A stretch of 64,000 bases of DNA. Source: Akkermansiaceae bacterium UBA5689. GTDB taxonomy: Bacteria; Verrucomicrobiota; Verrucomicrobiia; Verrucomicrobiales; Akkermansiaceae. This document shows, piece by piece, positions 55,849 to 64,000 of this stretch. Under the pieces are notes generated by a model. It was given only the letters and a program-made list of their open reading frames with translations. It made no database searches and was not told the DNA's origin. The stretch lies in NCBI GenBank assembly GCA_002420305.1, contig DIHT01000133.1, positions 2,261 to 66,260 on the forward strand, given 5' to 3'. The stretch's first letter is position 1. Every line of letters begins with the position of its first letter. The position numbers and the translations under genes are program-made.

Positions 55849-58848
55849 ATGATTCAATTCACAAAGAACCGGATCCTCTGCGGCCTCTTGGCCCTCTGCG
55901 CATCCCTATGTCTTCCTGAGAAATCACTTGCGCAGGGAGGAGTGGAAACGGCTTGGGCAAATTCGCTGACGGCAATGAAGGCGAAGGAGTGGGCGAAAGC
56001 GCACGCGATTCTGGCCAAGGCAGTTGCCCAGTATGATGGCAGAGCTAAAACCCTTTTTGGGCCCAGGTTTGGCTGGTTTTGGTATCACAAGGGATACTGC
56101 GAACTCAAACTGAGGCAGTGGGAAGAGGCGATGGAGTCGTTCAAGGCCTGCTACACGAAATATCCGAATAAGAATGCTGGGGGAGCCGGATTGGATGCGG
56201 CAACTCAAGGCAGCTTCAATTTCTATCATAAGAAGGCGCTTCTCAAATGGGGAGATGCGGCTATCGGGGCTCAGGATTGGGAAGTGGCCATCAAGATGTA
56301 CAAAAAATTTCTGCAGGAGCGGGACCCGAAGAAGGACGCTTATCCGCGGGGTGCGTTCTACGTCAATATGTCCAAGGCCCACTTCAAACTCTTCCAGGTT
56401 CCGGGCGGCATAGAAAATCTCGAAATCGCTATTGATAACAAGGAGACCTTTCCCACGCCGGATGAGGGGATCATGGTAGGGTTTCAGGACCTCGTTGAGG
56501 CAGTCATCGAAAAGCAGAATGAGCAGGCACTGATGGACTTCCTTGGGAAACATCGTTCGGACATCCGCCTCGAGCCATTCAAGATGCACCGCTTTGCTCC
56601 GGTTTTGATGAAGCTTGCGGCAGATGCCCTCGCTGCGGAAATGGAACGGTCGGCCTTTGAGCTCTATGCTCTGGTGCCGAGCACAAAGGCATCCATTGAT
56701 GACATCAAGGCTCGCCTTGCTCAGGTTGGCACATTCGAAAATCCATTCCAAGACCCTCCTCGCAGCAACCGGCAGATCGAGAAGAAGGTGCTCGAAGCAG
56801 ACCTTGAAGAGCTGAAGAAGCAATGGGCATCAGGGAATCCCTATGAGGTTTTTGCGACCGCTGCTACCGCATACATTCATGAGCAGTATGGTAACGTACG
56901 TGGGGCTTTTGCCGCCTACGAGCAACTTGAACTTTATCACAGCAAGGCAAAGAAGCGTGAAGAGAATCTCTATAATCTGGTCAGGACCTCCGCGATTATT
57001 GGTGAAGTTCTCGTGACTGAGAAATACGGCAGCCTTTTCCTTAAAACGTTCCCTGACAGCAAGCATGTGGAGTCTGTCCGGAGCATGATGCTGACCAGCC
57101 TCTTTATGGAGGGGGAATATGAGAAGTGTATCGAAGTTGCGACCGTGATGTTGCCCAAGCTGGCGTCTCCTTCCAAGCAGCACGATATCTGCCTCCATGT
57201 TCTTGGAGGGAGCTACTACTATACGGCTAAGTATGATGTGGCGCGCAAGTTTCTCGACGAGCACGTAGAGATGTATGAGAAGAGCCAGTTCCGGATGGCG
57301 TCCCTCTATTTTCAGGGCTCAAACCTATCCCGACTGCAATACTGGGGAAAAGCGGCCGAGCTTCTCGATGTGTTCCTTTCCAAATATCCTGACCCGGGGA
57401 AGAATATCTATCTTCCATTTGCCCTTTACGACCGCGCGAACTGTCATTTTGCGGAAGATGAGCTCGACCCGGCGTTGGTGAAATTGAACCGGCTCGAAAG
57501 TGAGTTTCCCAATAGCGACATCATGGACATGGCCTTCAATCTCAAAGGTAATGTTCTCCAGACCCAGGAGGAGTGGGACCCTGCGGAAGCTTATTATAAG
57601 AAGGCAATGGAACTCGCCAAGAGGCGCGAAAATTCCATTGTTGTCGGTGAATCTCTCTTTTACCTCGTAGGGCTTTTGGGTCCTGAGAAACGAGGGAAAA
57701 AAGAGAATCCAAGGGTAAAGGATGCCGTTCCTTACTATGACGAGTTCTGGAAGGACCACGGTTCCGCTTCTCCTTACAAGGCACAGACGGCGGTCGCGGG
57801 GGTTCACCCACTAACAGTTGTTGGCCGTGAGGAAGAGGCCTTGGAGCGATTACAGGGGGTCATCGCAGAACTCGCCTCTGTTGCTGGAGCATTTGGATTA
57901 GAGGAGGCGATTAACTCCTATACGCGGGCCTACCTCGAGAGCCACAGTGAGGATGACCTCAAAGAGCATTATTACAATTTCCCCGGGATCGACTCGGGAA
58001 ACAAGGAAGCTCAGGCCCTGCTTCGGATCGCCCTCATCACCGTCTTTGAGGAGAAAGGCAAGAAGGCCGACAAGGAAGAAAATGCGAATGATAAACGCGC
58101 GGCGGAAGCAATGGTGGGTGTCCTTTTCCGGGACCTGAAAGGTGAGTTCGATCCAGCTCAGTTGACGAACTATGTGCTGGTGCGTGTCGGGGATTACCTC
58201 CGCGAAATGACCAGCACTCCGAGGAATGCGCTCGCCTACTACAGCGAGGTGGTCAGGCGGGAAGACCAGTCATACCGCTTCAATGCGAACTTTGGGTTGG
58301 CCGATATTCTCGGGGAATCACAAAGCCCGACCGAGAAGCAGAAAGCGATCGACAGTCTTGAAAACATCTTCAAGAACGCTCCTCAGAAGAAACAGAAGGA
58401 AAGGGCTCTTTATCGAATCGTGAGTATTCTGGCGGCTAAGGGGGACTGGGATCTTTTGACAACCCGAGCCAAGGAATATCTGACTACGGAGGGATTCCGG
58501 CGATACGCCGCGGAGACTTCCTTCTTCCTCTCGCAGTCCTACGACAAGCGCAAGATGCGGGAGGACGCCATCGTTGCCTACAACAACACCTGGGCCAGCT
58601 ACACGGGACTTATCCGGATATCTGCACCCTCAATGAAGAGAGTGATGGAACTGGTATGGGAGCGCAACAATGATGACGATCATCAGCAAGCTTACGAGAT
58701 CGGATACAAGTTCCGGAAATCCACGGAGCATCTTCTTGAGCAGATGAAGGATGAGGAAAGAGAGCTTTGGGAATCTGTGCGTGATCTCGTAAAGCGCTAT
58801 GGGGATCACAGCTCGGTAACCAAGATCGTAGAGGAGAAGCCGAAGTAA
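55849..58848 (+). CDS. Large secreted TPR-repeat protein
   Basis: 999 aa. Signal peptide MIQFTKNRILCGLLALCASLCLPEKSLAQG. All-helical, with many 34-aa-like repeats containing W/Y/A/F/P patterns (for example WEEAMESFKACYTKYPN, ALYDRANCHFAEDELDPALVKLNRLESEFPNS). Confidence 0.7.
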   Translation: MIQFTKNRILCGLLALCASLCLPEKSLAQGGVETAWANSLTAMKAKEWAKAHAILAKAVAQYDGRAKTLFGPRFGWFWYHKGYCELKLRQWEEAMESFKACYTKYPNKNAGGAGLDAATQGSFNFYHKKALLKWGDAAIGAQDWEVAIKMYKKFLQERDPKKDAYPRGAFYVNMSKAHFKLFQVPGGIENLEIAIDNKETFPTPDEGIMVGFQDLVEAVIEKQNEQALMDFLGKHRSDIRLEPFKMHRFAPVLMKLAADALAAEMERSAFELYALVPSTKASIDDIKARLAQVGTFENPFQDPPRSNRQIEKKVLEADLEELKKQWASGNPYEVFATAATAYIHEQYGNVRGAFAAYEQLELYHSKAKKREENLYNLVRTSAIIGEVLVTEKYGSLFLKTFPDSKHVESVRSMMLTSLFMEGEYEKCIEVATVMLPKLASPSKQHDICLHVLGGSYYYTAKYDVARKFLDEHVEMYEKSQFRMASLYFQGSNLSRLQYWGKAAELLDVFLSKYPDPGKNIYLPFALYDRANCHFAEDELDPALVKLNRLESEFPNSDIMDMAFNLKGNVLQTQEEWDPAEAYYKKAMELAKRRENSIVVGESLFYLVGLLGPEKRGKKENPRVKDAVPYYDEFWKDHGSASPYKAQTAVAGVHPLTVVGREEEALERLQGVIAELASVAGAFGLEEAINSYTRAYLESHSEDDLKEHYYNFPGIDSGNKEAQALLRIALITVFEEKGKKADKEENANDKRAAEAMVGVLFRDLKGEFDPAQLTNYVLVRVGDYLREMTSTPRNALAYYSEVVRREDQSYRFNANFGLADILGESQSPTEKQKAIDSLENIFKNAPQKKQKERALYRIVSILAAKGDWDLLTTRAKEYLTTEGFRRYAAETSFFLSQSYDKRKMREDAIVAYNNTWASYTGLIRISAPSMKRVMELVWERNNDDDHQQAYEIGYKFRKSTEHLLEQMKDEERELWESVRDLVKRYGDHSSVTKIVEEKPK

Positions 58849-58884
58849 CAAGAACGCTCTTCCAACCCCTAACAGAATCACGAT

Positions 58885-59853
58885 ATGACCAAGTTAGTTT
58901 TAAGCTTCATTCTCCTCTTTGCCTCCGGGGCAAAGCTTATCGCAGAAGACGCGATGGGAGTCATCATATACACTGAGCCGGTAAGCAAGCAGGAGGACGT
59001 TCTTAAGGTCTGGATGACTGCGGCAAGTACGACTCAGATCGAATACAAGACTACTCCTCAGAGCCTGAACAGGAACCGGATCAAGCGATCAGTAGTGAAA
59101 TCGGTCTACTTCTTCGAGCCTCCTGTCTTCAAGGAAGCAATGGACCTCTACGAGAGCCGGGACTATGCAGGAGCACGGGAAAAGTTCGCCGCATGTAAGA
59201 AAGCGTTTGAGACACTCGATGAAATCAGGGGAAATTATAGCGCGTTGGCTGGGTTCTATGAGCTAGAGACCTGCCGAAAGCTGGAAGATCTCGAAGGGCT
59301 CAAAAAACTGCTGGACGTGTATCAGGCTGATACCCTTGCGCGTGAGCACCAGCGTAATCAGCTGGAAGTTTACGCTGTATGGGACGCGGTGCGGACAAAG
59401 AGCTGGCCCCGTCTTGATGCTCTTGTAAGAGAGGTTCTCGCAGAGAAGAAGTGGATTGGGGAGCACTTGGCACAGCTGAAGTATTGTCATGGACTTGCTC
59501 TCGAGGGGCTGGGCCGGGATACGGATGCGCTGATTGCATTTAACGGCGCCTTTACTGCGGACTATACGGCCTCGGAGGAGCTGACTCAGAAGGCCGCACT
59601 CGCTTGTCTGAGAGTCATTAAGGGTAATGATGAAGTAGGTCTGGCCATTCAACTATGGGGAACTGAGGATGAGGACCCCAATTCTCCGGGATATTTTCTC
59701 CTTCAGGAAGGTGTTGCCCTTTGTGATTTATGGAAGAAGTCCCTCGGTGGGGGGAAGCCCCTTCCTGCTGAGTTCGCTTCTCTCCTCCGTTACCGTGAGG
59801 ACAACAAGCCTAAGCCAGAGGTGAAGGAGAAGGCGGACGAGGAAGGAGCCTGA
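58885..59853 (+). CDS. Secreted hypothetical protein (helical/TPR-like) with a Lys/Glu/Pro-rich tail
   Basis: 322 aa. Signal peptide MTKLVLSFILLFASGAKLIAEDA. 36 nt downstream of the TPR gene. Confidence 0.55.
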   Translation: MTKLVLSFILLFASGAKLIAEDAMGVIIYTEPVSKQEDVLKVWMTAASTTQIEYKTTPQSLNRNRIKRSVVKSVYFFEPPVFKEAMDLYESRDYAGAREKFAACKKAFETLDEIRGNYSALAGFYELETCRKLEDLEGLKKLLDVYQADTLAREHQRNQLEVYAVWDAVRTKSWPRLDALVREVLAEKKWIGEHLAQLKYCHGLALEGLGRDTDALIAFNGAFTADYTASEELTQKAALACLRVIKGNDEVGLAIQLWGTEDEDPNSPGYFLLQEGVALCDLWKKSLGGGKPLPAEFASLLRYREDNKPKPEVKEKADEEGA

Positions 59854-59928
59854 GCTGCCCTGGTTCCAAAAAAATATTTGGATGGGTGGCTTTCCGCCTC
59901 TCCAAGGTTCGCTTGCAGTCCGCGTCAA

Positions 59929-60294
59929 CTAGCTTGGCTCCGCGTTGCGGCCTTCTTCGATCAGGTGCCAGAATTGCTTGGATCGTGCGAGCTCCTCGTC
60001 TTCTGCGCCAAAAGGTAGTTTCGAGCGGAAGAGGAAGTCCTGAAAGGTATTCTTGTGAAGGACGCGGTGCACCTTGACGTGATCATCGAGGACCTCGAAA
60101 TAGAACCTCCACTCCTTCGCGCGAAAGCGGAAGAGCACCTTGTTGTCTCTCTCGATTCTTCCAAACCGATCATCCTCCAGATTTTCAAGGTCCTCCTCCT
60201 TGACCTTGAATTCGTCAAGTAGCTCGAGTTGTTCCAGCGTGCCGAGCTGGGAGATCTCAGCAGCGCTAATCACGTTGAAGACTATCTGAAGCAC
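59929..60294 (-). CDS. Hypothetical protein with a weak RelE/ParE-toxin-like signature
   Basis: 121 aa. The segment VLFRFRAKEWRFYFEVLDDHVKVHRVLHKNTF resembles the RelE/ParE core (xRxRxGxYRxxYxxxDxxxxVxVxxVxHR). About 35 aa of extra C-terminal tail. Confidence 0.35.
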   Translation of the reverse strand: MLQIVFNVISAAEISQLGTLEQLELLDEFKVKEEDLENLEDDRFGRIERDNKVLFRFRAKEWRFYFEVLDDHVKVHRVLHKNTFQDFLFRSKLPFGAEDEELARSKQFWHLIEEGRNAEPS

Positions 60295-60368
60295 GACTTA
60301 CCCTACACCCCGAGAAGGAAGAGGGAACGGAAAATAGCAAGTGGCCCATTGCTTTGGAGCCTTTTCCT

Positions 60369-61574
60369 TCAGTGGGAATGCCCTTCGTGAGAATGGGGGA
60401 GTTTCAGGGCGTGGGCAGCTTCGTGCTCCGCTTGGTGGTATACTTCCCGGATTGGAGTTCCGCTTTTGGAGGCCGCTTCCCGGCAGTCTTCATATTCCGG
60501 GGTCACCCGGGATTGCCCGCCCGGTAGCGTCGCGATCTTAACCCGAATCTCACCAAACTTGGTCTTAACTACCTCGCTGCGACGGGGCAGTGAATTGCGT
60601 TGTACTTCCTGCCGGCGGACCCCGAGAGTAGAGCTCTCATGAAAAAGGAGGTGTTCCAGAGACTCGGCCTGCTGTGGTTTAGCAAGAACTTGAAGGAGTA
60701 TTCCGGGCCGGCCTTTCTTCATCTGGGCAGGAAGCACTGAGACATCGAGAGCTCCTGCCTCCATCAGGAGATGAGAGAGATGGCCCACCAGCTCGGGAGA
60801 CTCGTCATCGAGATTCGTTTCGAGTTGTATCAGGGTTTCAGTGAGTAGGCGGGACCCGCCTCCGGCATCGCCCAGAAGAAGGCGCAGGACGTTCGGAATC
60901 TCAAGGTCGTTGGATCCGGCCCCGTAACCAATTGACGTAAGGGCCATTGGTGGGATAGGCCCAAATCCATCGGCCACCTCCGAGAGAACTGCGGCACCAG
61001 TCGGAGTTACGAGTTCAGCATCGATGGTGCTGCCCGCGACAGGGCAACCTTTCATTAGTGCCAGGGCTGCAGGAGCAGGGAGGGGGATCTGTCCATGGGC
61101 ACCAGTGACAAAGCCGCGGCCAAGAGGAAACGGAGAAACGCGAACCTGCTCGATACCCAGAGCCTCAAGTCCCGCGAGAGTGCCGCAAACGTCGACAATG
61201 GCATCGACCCCACCTACCTCGTGAAGGTGGACCTTATCGACGGTAGAATCGTGAATTGCGGCTTCTGCCTCGCAGATCCGGGTAAAGATACGAGTAGCGG
61301 TTTTCTTGACCTGCGCGGACAGGGAGCTGTCCTCAACGACCTTTACGATGTCGGCGAGGTGACGCTCGGGGGCATCGTCGTGCACATGGACGTCGACCTT
61401 GACTGCGCTGAAGGCATTCTTGGAGACGCGATTGATATGCAGGTGGAAGTCTTTCAGGTGAAGCTTGGAGAGCTCGGCCTCCAGTTTGTCAGCGGGTAGA
61501 CCCGCATCTACCAGCGCTCCAAGCATCATGTCCCCGCTTGCTCCTGCAATACAGTCAAAGTAAGCCGTGCGCAT
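60369..61574 (-). CDS. larC: Nickel-pincer cofactor biosynthesis protein LarC (nickel insertion, DUF111)
   Basis: Trimmed to ATG 61574 (MRTAYFDCIAGASGDMMLGALVDAGL). His-rich C-terminus HALKLPHSHEGHSH. Confidence 0.85.
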   Translation of the reverse strand: MRTAYFDCIAGASGDMMLGALVDAGLPADKLEAELSKLHLKDFHLHINRVSKNAFSAVKVDVHVHDDAPERHLADIVKVVEDSSLSAQVKKTATRIFTRICEAEAAIHDSTVDKVHLHEVGGVDAIVDVCGTLAGLEALGIEQVRVSPFPLGRGFVTGAHGQIPLPAPAALALMKGCPVAGSTIDAELVTPTGAAVLSEVADGFGPIPPMALTSIGYGAGSNDLEIPNVLRLLLGDAGGGSRLLTETLIQLETNLDDESPELVGHLSHLLMEAGALDVSVLPAQMKKGRPGILLQVLAKPQQAESLEHLLFHESSTLGVRRQEVQRNSLPRRSEVVKTKFGEIRVKIATLPGGQSRVTPEYEDCREAASKSGTPIREVYHQAEHEAAHALKLPHSHEGHSH

Positions 61575-61612
61575 GTGAGGATTGGAAAGGGTATCGGGGC
61601 CGAAGGAAAGCC

Positions 61613-62377
61613 TCAACCGGCGTGTTTCCCACCAGATCGCATGATTGAACTGGCGACCATGGCGGCGCCAAATCCGTTATCAATGTTGACTACTGAGACA
61701 CCAGAAGCACACGAGGAAAGCATCGCGTGCAGGGCAGCTTCACCCCCTCTCGAGATCCCGTATCCCACACTGGTGGGAACGCCAATGACAGGGCAGGCGA
61801 CCAATCCTCCAATGACACTGGTGAGGGCCCCTTCCATGCCGGCAACACTAATCACTACTCCCGCTTCTCGAAGAGTCTCTAGCTTATCCAGAAGCCGGTG
61901 CAAACCGGCAACTCCCACATCCGTGAGGCGCTCCACCCGGTGACCGAGGAATTCGAGGGTCTGGGATGCTTCCTCCGCAACAGGCAAATCGGAAGTGCCC
62001 GCGCAGGCGACAACCGCGTAGGGATGAGCTTTTGCTTCGGGGCGGTGTCCCAGAGCGAGAAGGCGCGAAAGCCTGTCGTAGCGGGCTTCGGGTAGTGCTT
62101 CTTCCACAATGCGGGCCTTACGACGGGAGACCCTGGTCGCGAGGGCCCTTTGATTGCTCTGGTATATTCGGTCGAGGATTTCAACCAGCTGCTCCCCACT
62201 CTTTCCTGCACCGAAGACGACTTCGGGTGCTCCTTGCCGGAGTTCCCGGTGGGTGTCTATGGTTGTGTGCTCAAGATCTTGAAACGGGAGGTCCCGGAGC
62301 TCTTCCAGCGCCTTGGCGGCGGTCACCTCTCCGGTTGCGACCTGATTGAGTAGTCGTTCGATACGTTCGGGGTTCAT
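61613..62377 (-). CDS. larB: Nickel-pincer cofactor biosynthesis protein LarB (NaAD carboxylase/hydrolase, PurE-like)
   Basis: 254 aa. N-terminal LEELRDLPFQDLEHTTIDTHRELRQGAPEVVFGAGKS. PurE-like AVVACAGTSDLPVAEEA…VAGMEGAL. Confidence 0.85.
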   Translation of the reverse strand: MNPERIERLLNQVATGEVTAAKALEELRDLPFQDLEHTTIDTHRELRQGAPEVVFGAGKSGEQLVEILDRIYQSNQRALATRVSRRKARIVEEALPEARYDRLSRLLALGHRPEAKAHPYAVVACAGTSDLPVAEEASQTLEFLGHRVERLTDVGVAGLHRLLDKLETLREAGVVISVAGMEGALTSVIGGLVACPVIGVPTSVGYGISRGGEAALHAMLSSCASGVSVVNIDNGFGAAMVASSIMRSGGKHAG

Positions 62378-63177
62378 TTTTTCCTGAGGACATCATTCAT
62401 ACTCCCTGATCGGAACCCTGCGAGGTCGAGAGCGGCATAGGGAAATCCCGCCTCCTTCATCGCCTTTGTAATTTGATCGCTTTGTTCCACGGCACGAGCG
62501 AGCTCATTCTGGCTTACCTCGATACGAGCTATCTGGTCATGATGCCGTACACGAAGCTCGTGAAATCCCAGCGACCGGAGGGATGCTTCAGCTTTTTCGA
62601 CCTGTGCGAGTTTTTCTGGAGTGACCTCCGAGCCGTAGGGGACTCTGGAAGAGAGGCAGGCGTTGGCTGGTCGATTCCAGTTTGAGAGGCCCAGTTGGCG
62701 TGCCCATTCGCGGATCTCCCCCTTGCCGATCCCGGCCTCTTGAAGCGGGCTGCGGACCCCGTGCTCTCTTGCAGCTCGCAGACCCGGACGGTGGTCTCCG
62801 AGATCATCGGCGTTAGTGCCATCGAGAATCCACTTGAAGCCTTCCGCCTTCGCGTAGTCGATCAGGCACTGATAGACATTGGTCTTACAAAAATAGCAGC
62901 GCTGGGAGTCGTTACGCTGGTAGCGTGGGTCTTCAGTTTCTCGGCTCTGGACCACCTCATGAGCGACTCCGATCTCGGCGGCGAGACTCCGGGAGGCTTC
63001 TAAATCGCTTTGGGCGAGACTTGGGGATGCGGCGGTGATGGCTACCGCATTGTCTCCGAGTTGTTCGCGAGCGACTCTCAGAACCAGAGTGCTATCGATC
63101 CCTCCGGAGAAGGCGACGAGGACACGCTCGAAATCGTGGATGATTTTTGAGGCTAGAAGCCGGGGAGAATCTTTCAT
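62374..63177 (-). CDS. larE: ATP-dependent sacrificial sulfur transferase LarE (PP-loop ATPase)
   Basis: PP-loop VAFSGGIDSTLV. Conserved Cys region ANACLSSRVPYG. ATG 63177 preferred, with the ORF maximum at TTG 63246. ATGA overlap with the larB start. Confidence 0.8.
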   Translation of the reverse strand: MKDSPRLLASKIIHDFERVLVAFSGGIDSTLVLRVAREQLGDNAVAITAASPSLAQSDLEASRSLAAEIGVAHEVVQSRETEDPRYQRNDSQRCYFCKTNVYQCLIDYAKAEGFKWILDGTNADDLGDHRPGLRAAREHGVRSPLQEAGIGKGEIREWARQLGLSNWNRPANACLSSRVPYGSEVTPEKLAQVEKAEASLRSLGFHELRVRHHDQIARIEVSQNELARAVEQSDQITKAMKEAGFPYAALDLAGFRSGSMNDVLRKK

Positions 63178-63179
63178 GC

Positions 63180-63197
63180 GCAGACCATATGGTCTGC
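63180..63197. promoter_or_regulatory. 18-bp perfect palindrome abutting the larE start codon
   Basis: GCAGACCATATGGTCTGC reads identically on both strands. It lies 3 nt upstream (minus-strand sense) of ATG 63177. Confidence 0.3.
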
Positions 63198-63530
63198 CCT
63201 TACGCAAAGGTATGCAGAGCGATTCGGCAAGACGGCAGGTAACCAAAGAGGGGATTTTCTATTCCTAGGCCCGAAATATGCAGAGATGAATTGAGGTAGA
63301 GAGGCACGGCACAACCCTTTTCCCTCGACAGAGCCAGCACCCCGTGCAAATCCTGCCGGCCGTGAACAGTTGGACCCTAGCACCTCTTCTTCTTGTGTCG
63401 CCGCTTGGACGCTAGTCCTTGCCCGTCTCTCCTGGCCCAGCAAATGTCTCCTGCATAACGGGGCGAACTGTGGCCGATACGTTTGCCAAGACCGTGCCAA
63501 AAGATAATTATCAGCCAATCCAATCTGATC

Positions 63531-64000
63531 ATGAATAAACAAAAGATCCGTAAGTACCAGCCCTTTCCTGAAGTTGGGCTAGCGGACCGCCAATGGCCCG
63601 ACCAGACAATTACTGCGGCTCCAGTCTGGTGTTCCGTGGATCTGAGGGACGGCAACCAGTCCCTCCCGGTGCCGATGAGCGTGGAGGAAAAGCTCGAGAT
63701 GTTTGATCTGTTGGTAGAAGTCGGATTTACCCAGATAGAAGTAGGGTTTCCCTCGGCCTCGGAGACCGAATTCAATTTCCTTCGACGTCTTATCGATGAA
63801 GACCTGATTCCGGAGGGGGTCAAGGTTCAGGTTCTCGTACAGGCTCGAGAACATCTGATTCGGCGAACATTTGAAGCGATCGATGGGGTAAAGAATACGA
63901 TTGTCCACATGTACAACTCAACATCCCCCTTGCAAAGGCGGATCACATTCGGAGATGCCAGCCGGGAGGATATCAGGCAAATGGCCGTTGACGGAGCGAT
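63531..64000 (+). CDS. leuA: 2-isopropylmalate synthase, long (LeuA type 2) form, 5' partial in the window
   Basis: Manual translation from ATG 63531: [88 protein letters not shown]…[13 protein letters not shown]. The ORF runs off the window end, so it is absent from the ORF track. Confidence 0.9.
   Translation, partial: MNKQKIRKYQPFPEVGLADRQWPDQTITAAPVWCSVDLRDGNQSLPVPMSVEEKLEMFDLLVEVGFTQIEVGFPSASETEFNFLRRLIDEDLIPEGVKVQVLVQAREHLIRRTFEAIDGVKNTIVHMYNSTSPLQRRITFGDASREDIRQMAVDGA

Noticed and set aside
63178-63530. Possible leucine leader peptide or attenuator upstream of leuA
   Set aside because: No small ORF with consecutive Leu codons was found, and there is no terminator/antiterminator pair. 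Only short ORFs (MQR*, MSPA*) are present.
1-64000. Searched for CRISPR repeats, IS elements or integrases, phage genes, tRNA/rRNA, and defence-system hallmarks
   Set aside because: No spaced direct repeats were seen. There are no transposase, integrase or recombinase motifs, no structural RNA signatures, and no obvious compositional discontinuity. The window looks like core chromosome rather than a mobile island.

Overview
Gene-dense, moderately GC-rich bacterial chromosomal segment with about 55 protein-coding genes. I found no rRNA, tRNA, CRISPR array, integrase or transposase by eye. The gene content suggests a Verrucomicrobiota/PVC-type genome, but that is inference only: a PEP-CTERM/LTD protein, a Cys-type sulfatase, a GHL10 hydrolase, several secreted PQQ-like beta-propellers and weak Shine-Dalgarno signals.

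Layout:
(1) 243-23460 is a 23-kb block entirely on the + strand. It holds two operon-like clusters. The first (243-11467) combines three secreted PQQ-like propellers, a DUF3311 protein with an SSS symporter, and a LuxE/PaaK-like adenylating enzyme with a LuxC/ALDH-like reductase and an Fe-ADH. The second (11685-22505) combines a HemN-like radical SAM enzyme, a chorismate-lyase-like protein, a flavin-halogenase-like protein with a WxWxIP motif, a GT4, a 4HBT thioesterase, a membrane protein, a PaaK-like ligase and an ABC/double-FtsX exporter. I consider the second cluster the best candidate for an undescribed biosynthetic system.
(2) 23509-53632 is mostly housekeeping (leuS, rdgB, rpe, tadA, holA-like, gltA, tsaB, purN, nth, a family-4 UDG, M3 and M29 peptidases). 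Interspersed are hydrolases (a sulfatase, two alpha/beta hydrolases, GHL10, a class-C-like serine hydrolase), a MoxR-DUF58-transglutaminase triad and a Zn-ribbon membrane protein of unknown function.
(3) 53878-59853 is an ExbB-ExbD-ExbD module followed by a 999-aa secreted TPR protein and a 322-aa secreted protein, with no recognisable TonB.
(4) 59929-63177 holds a RelE/ParE-like orphan and larE-larB-larC (nickel-pincer cofactor synthesis) with no larA in the window. A partial leuA follows.

Two strong minus-strand intrinsic-terminator hairpins share a CCCCGCCG stem and lie where no annotated gene ends, which hints at unannotated leader, sRNA or 3' UTR transcripts.

All functional calls rest on motifs read from the ORF translations. 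No database search was run.
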